57,231 nt of DNA from Octopus bimaculoides (taxonomy: Eukaryota). Below are positions 50,765 through 57,231 of the stretch, piece by piece. The translations under genes and the position numbers were made by a program. Under the pieces are notes generated by a model. The model searched no databases, was not told where the DNA came from, and worked only from the letters and a program-made list of their open reading frames with translations. The DNA is taken from assembly GCF_001194135.2 (NCBI RefSeq), contig NC_068999.1, forward strand, positions 16,904,417 to 16,961,647, given 5' to 3'. Within the stretch, counting starts at the first letter, position 1, and each line of letters starts with the position of its first letter.

Positions 50765-53462
50765 ATAAATGTATATATTTCTGTATAAACAATAGAGAGC
50801 GAAAGGAATATGCATATATCGATATACATGCAGAGTATATCGGAAGGACAGTCAAAGAGAATTCTCTGAGAGAACTTGGATAACATGCGTTTGAGCATAA
50901 TTTACTAAAATGGATTGTAGTATTGATATTGCGTATGAATCTATTGATGATATGTAGAAATATTTTGTTTCGTCTCCAGGAATTATCTTTACGCTTACAG
51001 ATGGCAGTTGAAAGGAAACAATCCGCAGCTTTACGATAGAAATGGAATATGTTTAAAACGAGATTAGCAAAGTTATGGCATGTTAGATTAGCAACAATCT
51101 TTCATCTAAAAACAAATGGAAAGCATTGTGTTAACTTCTCATTGACAGGCACTGTTTCAAAGAAATGTGCACTTGTTACATGTCAAAAAATAATCAGGCA
51201 TTCGCTGGTTATGAAATTCGCTGGTTATGAAATTCGCACCTTGGAGCAATTTCTAAAGTTAGATTAAAGCGAAAATATATTTAGTTTGGAATAATTACAA
51301 CTAATGAGTAAAGATCTAAAATATTAGCTGAATAGATTCAGAAATACGCATCCTTGTGGGAATCGTATAGGATGATATCTTACAAATAGTGAATTATAAT
51401 GATGTTTTCTATATTATTGAAAAATTTTATGTTTACTCATGATATATTCAAATAGCAATCAGAAATAACGTGCATCTTTTAACAACACATTTTATTAAGT
51501 CCCGAACATGATGTATTATTCATAATTTCTTTTTAAGGATATATATCAAATTTTAAACCACATACAATAAGTTGCATTACAATTCGTGGTAAATATAAGT
51601 TGTTGTATCCAGTGCGAGCGTTTGTAATATTGGCCTACTGACTCTACCTAGACACAACAAGATATATCCAAAATGTTATTCACATACGCATTTACCACTC
51701 TCTCCCTATCTCTCTACAACTCCCTCTCTCTGCGCCTTCTTCGTTCGTGGGGAACAACTGGTATACGATTCTGAGAATTATATTTCTTTGGCCGTCCGTG
51801 CTGCTGAGAAACAGATATTTTCGGTAAGGAAATGTTAATTTCGAAATGGGTTGCTTCACTAAATTTATCTTTGAGAACAATTCGGTCTTAGTAGACGCAT
51901 TACATGTGATCTTCTTCTAGCACATTAACAGTCCACCTAGTGATCTCCTTTATATATATATGTAGAGAGGGAGAGATAGAGATATGGATAGATAGACAGA
52001 TAGACACATAGATAGGTATGCATCACTCTCTCTATCTCTCTTTATATANNNNNNNNNNNNNNNNNNNNNNNNNNNNNNNNNNNNNNNNNNNNNNNNNNNN
52101 NNNNNNNNNNNNNNNNNNNNNNNNNNNNNNNNNNNNNNNNNNNNNNNNNNNNNNNNNNNNNNNNNNNNNNNNNNNNNNNNNNNNNNNNNNNNNNNNNNNN
52201 NNNNNNNNNNNNNNNNNNNNNNNNNNNNNNNNNNNNNNNNNNNNNNNNNNNNNNNNNNNNNNNNNNNNNNNTATATATATATATATATATATATTCATAT
52301 ATATGTAAATATATATAATGTATATATATATAATATATATGCCATATGTATATATTCATAAATATATATATATATAAATATACAGAAAGACAGGGAGTTA
52401 TTTCTATTTATTCTAGCTCCTCCTTTTATGTTCCCATTCGGTATAAGCGTATTTGTGTCGTTTCCCCATGCATATCTTTAGCAGTGAGGAAGTCGTATCT
52501 CCAGTGCACACAAGTAAATGTACACTCACACTCACACACACGCATACATATGCCCATATATGAGTGTATGAGTGTCTCTGTCTGTGTGTAATTGTGCATG
52601 ATCTTATGTCCGCCAATGTGTGGGTGGATGGTTTTATTCACGTATCATATATCAACAGCTGGCTGTTGCCTTCTCCTAATATGTGATATCGTTAATTAAT
52701 TTTGACGTGCGTTCATCTTTCTATTTCCGCCACACGCATGTTTAGCGACAAAGAATTTGATCTCACGCATTGATAAGACTTTTCTTATATAGCAGTAGAT
52801 TCTACTATTAGATTCTACTATACAATAAAATGTGAAAATAGTTTCAGTAAATGAAAAAAAAAAAAAAAGACCGCTGCCTGCGTTAAATATTTCTTCTTCA
52901 TAAAAATGGCAAGAAAGAAAAACATGTCTGTCGTGGTTTATGATGAACATTTCCATTTCTCGGCGCCAGAAATGTTGCCCACACGCCATTATATTACCTC
53001 CCTTTTCAGTCTGACGTCAAATATTGTTAAATATGCCTTTAACATTTTATCCTTCTGTAGTCAATAAAAACAAGCACTAAGTAAACTGATGACCCATCTA
53101 ATAATGTGTCATGCCGTCCCCTAAAACCACAAACTTAGAAATACTCTTACAATGCTAAATAGAAATATAGGTTTTACTGTGTCTCTGTGCGTATCCGTTA
53201 GTTATTTTGTGTATATGTGTCCGAGAATGTATGCCTTAATGTTTTACATATGCGGGTATATCTAATACATTTTATGTGCTTGCATTTTGTGTGACGCTTC
53301 ATGTATAAACAAGCCACCCATATTTCGAGCAGTGAGATAAGTTATGACATACACACAATATAGATGAATATATTTACATGTTTGTATATAAATGTATACA
53401 CACGCATACACACCGCACAGACACACACACACACACACGCATATATATACATATTGTTGTTT

Positions 53463-54600
53463 CCTCCGTCTCCAATTGTTGTAGTACCTCCAAGATACCG
53501 TGACGGATGGCTTAGATACACTCTACCATAGTAATAACAACAAGAAAACGATCCAACAATTTCTTCAGGGGCCAACAATCAATATTCCTAACCGACACCT
53601 TCCGACCTCACTGCGAACTCACCTCGAACTAACACACAAACTTCACTACGACTGCTACTATTTACAATCATTTTTTGAGGTTTGGGTTTCCGTAAGCAGT
53701 GAAATTTATTTCCTCTTTTTCTTTTTCCAGCACCTGTCCCACTTTTCTTATTCATTATTATTATTTTTTTTTTTTTTTAGAAAATTTAATATATTTTCCG
53801 TTTTGGCATTATTTCTAAGTGTACAGTCTGTTTGCTTTTTCTACTGCTCCTTCTATAAGGATCAATCTCTTACGGTGCTGGTACCCTCAAATATGTCATA
53901 GCAGATTTCCATTGGTATTTCTTTTCGTTTTTCAGTATCTCTCACCTTTTATTGATTTTAGTGTTTCTCATGTTCCCAACATTGTCTTTTAATTACATCA
54001 TGTTTCCTAATCATTTAGTTACAAAACCATCTTCACAGCCTTTTTACCACTTTTTTAAATTTTAAAATTATTTTCCATTTCGAAATGTTTTGTTGCCTTT
54101 TCTTTATTTCCTTAAAATTTATCTTTTCCTGGCAATAATTTATCGAAGATCAGTTTTATTTTTCGCGCGAAAATTAACCCTGCCGGAAACTTTCCTGAAC
54201 TGGTATTCCGATGGCGCGTTCCACTATACACCCTCAAGAATTTCGTTAGTGACATCATTCCTCGCTTTTTTAACGCTACCTTGAAAGTATCGGCGAATCT
54301 TTCTACCTGCCCGTTTGACCTCGGGTGGTAGGGCAGGGTAAAAGTTTACTTTATCGCATGGAGTTTGCAGAGCTTCGAAACCCTCGTCGCCAGATGTACC
54401 CTCCGTCTCCAAATGTGCTGGTACCACCACGATATTGTGGATGGTTTAGATACAGTGTACCAGTGTAGTAACAGTAGTAAACAAAATAATGATTCAGCCG
54501 TAATAACAACGTAATAATCCAACAATCTTTTCACGAACCCACAATCAATATTTCAAACGAACTAGCCAACCGACAATTTCCGATTTCACTGCGAGCTCAA
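53463..54600. repeat. Diverged direct repeat pair (53463-53625 and 54400-54600); possibly tandem retroelement 5' ends
   Basis: cctccgtctcca...ggatgg.ttagataca...atccaacaat...caatcaatatt...accgaca..tccga..tcactgcga.ctca occurs in both copies. Confidence 0.8.
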
Positions 54601-55678
54601 TCTATTTCTATCAAGGGCGCGTCGTTGTGCTTGTAGTTGTTGTTGTACTAGTTGTTTCTGCATCTCCTGTAGCTTTTCTTGTTGCTTTTGCACCTGTATT
54701 ATAGAAGTTAATAAGTCTTCCATCACTTAACAAGTTTTATCACAAACAAATAGTTAAATAACTTACGTGGGCTTCGAAACCCTCGTTTCACACAAACACA
54801 CACACACACACACACACATGTACATTCAGAAATAGAGAGAATAGTGACAGAAGATGGGTGCACATATGCGAATATGATCCCCTCCCCACCAAAAAAAAAA
54901 AGTTGCCAAGCAAATAGCATCTAGGAATATGAAAAAGAAAAACCCTGAAATACGAATGAGGAGAAAGCATTAAATACTTTTACAAAGCAAATTCCCGATG
55001 CATAACACTACAGATGTAAAAGACTTATACTTAAGAATACATGAACAGTGCAAAATGAAATAAAAGTGAATTTATACAAGATGTACAATTTAATAACTTC
55101 TGCGTGTTGCTTGAACAGAAAACAACACCATATATCGGTGAATTCTAGATATGTAGAATGTATGTATCACATACAGAATAAATGCCTATTAGACAGTGAG
55201 ATGTATCGAAATATGTATGAATATAAATCATATACGAAATCAACACATTTCAAATTAAATATTGATAATCAAATAAAAATATATTCTATTACTTTACAGA
55301 GTCAAAATGGAAAGTATGATAAATTTTCGTAGACGTTGATATGACAAAAAAAAAAATTGATAAGATAACAATCTCCTACAAATTGAAATCACGAACGAGC
55401 TACTGATAGTTGAGCCGATGGGTATTGGAAAGTAATTATTAGTGGATATGTTGATATCGGTTATTGTCAAAGCGGGATTTGAAATTTGTACGTTTACTGA
55501 CAACTTACAAATGACATTTGTATGTTAAGTGTCTTGTCAGCTAACTTGCAGATCAAAAATCCTACGTTGATGTAAATAGGTATTATAGTTAAAGCGGCTG
55601 CTCTGTGTCACCTTGTGGGAATAATATATCAATAATAATAACAAAAAGAATATATAATATATGAAATGATAAGAATAC

Positions 55679-55721
<43 letters not shown>

Positions 55722-55849
55722 TAACAACATACAAGAATGTTTCATTATATTGTTGTGATGAGTTCAGCTACTCTCATAAAAGTGTAAAAATCGTTTAAGT
55801 ACAGAGTTTTTTTCTTTCTCTCTCTCTTTTATTTATTTTTTTTTTTCGT

Positions 55850-55985
55850 TTAATGCCGCTATTCAGTGGATATGATAGAGCGTCGGTTGAAATGCGAAAT
55901 ACCACACCGTATTTATACCGTCTCTTTGCGCTCTGATTTCAGTTCCTGTCAAGGTTACCTTTGCTTTACATTACATTAAAGTCCA
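55850..55985 (+). mobile_element. SINE family A, decayed remnant
   Basis: gcgaaatacc.....gtattt...gtctctttgcgctctgatttcagttcctg.caaggttacctttgcttt. Confidence 0.45.
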
Positions 55986-57231
55986 TAAAAATATATATAG
56001 TCCAGGGAAGTTTGGAGGTATTAATAGCGGAGCCTATGTTTTATAGTGTTTGTTTCTGTTCTTCGCGTTCTAAGTTCAGATCTAACAGTAGCCTATTTGA
56101 GTGGCAAGAGTAATCAGTCACTCGTTTTAGCACCACAACTTCGCATTCTTTTGTGTCTCATGCAAAGTTCAATCATTTGTAATCAATCAAGCTTGGTATT
56201 TGGTTTTCCTCCCGCCTGACTTAGCAACTCTAAAAAGACATTAGCACTTCCCCACCCTCCTGATTAAAACATTAAAAAAAAACATGGCAAACATAATTTT
56301 AGATACGAAACTACAACATATCATTTAAAATTCTCACATAAACTCTATACACTCCTAGCGGAAATGTGAGACAGTTTATTACTTGAGGAGATATAAAAAT
56401 GACGGAAGTAAAATTCGACCCAAACTATTTCTTCAGCTGTACAATCCGATAAAAGTGTAATTATGTCAATTTTTTTCTCGACTGGAATGGGGTAGACTAC
56501 GAACTTTGTAGTACCAAGTATTTACGTAAAATACATATCAGTCTCCTGACCAACAAATCTATTATTATCATCATATATAGGCTGAAATATGGAGAAAATC
56601 GTTAGAGTATTGGGAAAATAAATTCGGTATTTGTTCCGGCTCACTATCTTTTGTTTATCAAGGAGGTAAACGTATCATTTCATCCTTCCAGGTTCGATAA
56701 ACTAAAGAGCCGGTGCCCAAGTTTAATTGAAATATATATGGCTACCTTATGCATATGTAGCTGCGGTTATTCATGTTTACAGTCCATTCAACAACAAACA
56801 TATCATCATTGCGTCTGGTTGAATGTTAGATAGGAATCTAGTACTGTCACATTTATTACAACAAAAATATTGATGGATAAATCACACAATGTCTGTTTCA
56901 ATACAAATTTTGAGTCGTATTTCAGTTTATATGTTTTACAAAGCTCTGTGTGTGTTTACTTTTACTACAAGTAACTTGGAGATTTAGACTTGGAGACTGT
57001 ATTGGTTTCCGATGAAACATATTTGATTATCTAATGCAGAAGGCGTTTGAAGTTAGAAAGTGAACAGACTGCCTTGTAGTACTTGCTTATGTATATTTAC
57101 GTATGAGTTAAAACCAATAAGCATTGCATTTGTTTCTCATTTTTCTCAACTCGATAACAAATGTGCTACTAATATCTCGAGTATGAAGTAAATTTGTTTA
57201 ACCTTATATAGAAATGTGCAATGTTTCATAT

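Overview
AT-rich eukaryotic DNA with no recognisable intact protein-coding gene. The SINE, LINE and DNA-transposon families and the very high microsatellite density resemble an octopod cephalopod genome (Octopus-like; an inference from recalled repeat sequences, not a database result). There are 12 N-gaps (about 1195-1940, 5839-6407, 22225-22984, 25665-26470, 32541-32720, 34038-34047, 34406-34465, 38473-38485, 39761-40151, 41051-41717, 49367-49548, 52049-52271). Nearly all long entries in the ORF track are artefacts of N-runs or microsatellites. Recognisable content: (i) several decayed R4/Dong-clade non-LTR retrotransposons (RT, CCHC and restriction-like endonuclease motifs), whose 3' ends read into (AAT)n in all three copies that retain one; (ii) a non-coding 522-bp insert bracketed by (TAA)n; (iii) a Penelope-like element (RT C-terminus plus GIY-YIG) bracketed by inverted terminal-repeat segments; (iv) a separate repeat carrying a near-complete minimal hammerhead-ribozyme motif with a non-canonical core; (v) mariner, DD37D/maT and hAT relics and foldback MITEs; (vi) about 20 tRNA-derived SINE copies or remnants from at least three families. 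A few small candidate exons on the + strand are reported at low confidence. No prokaryote-type system, CRISPR array, rRNA or intact tRNA gene is present.
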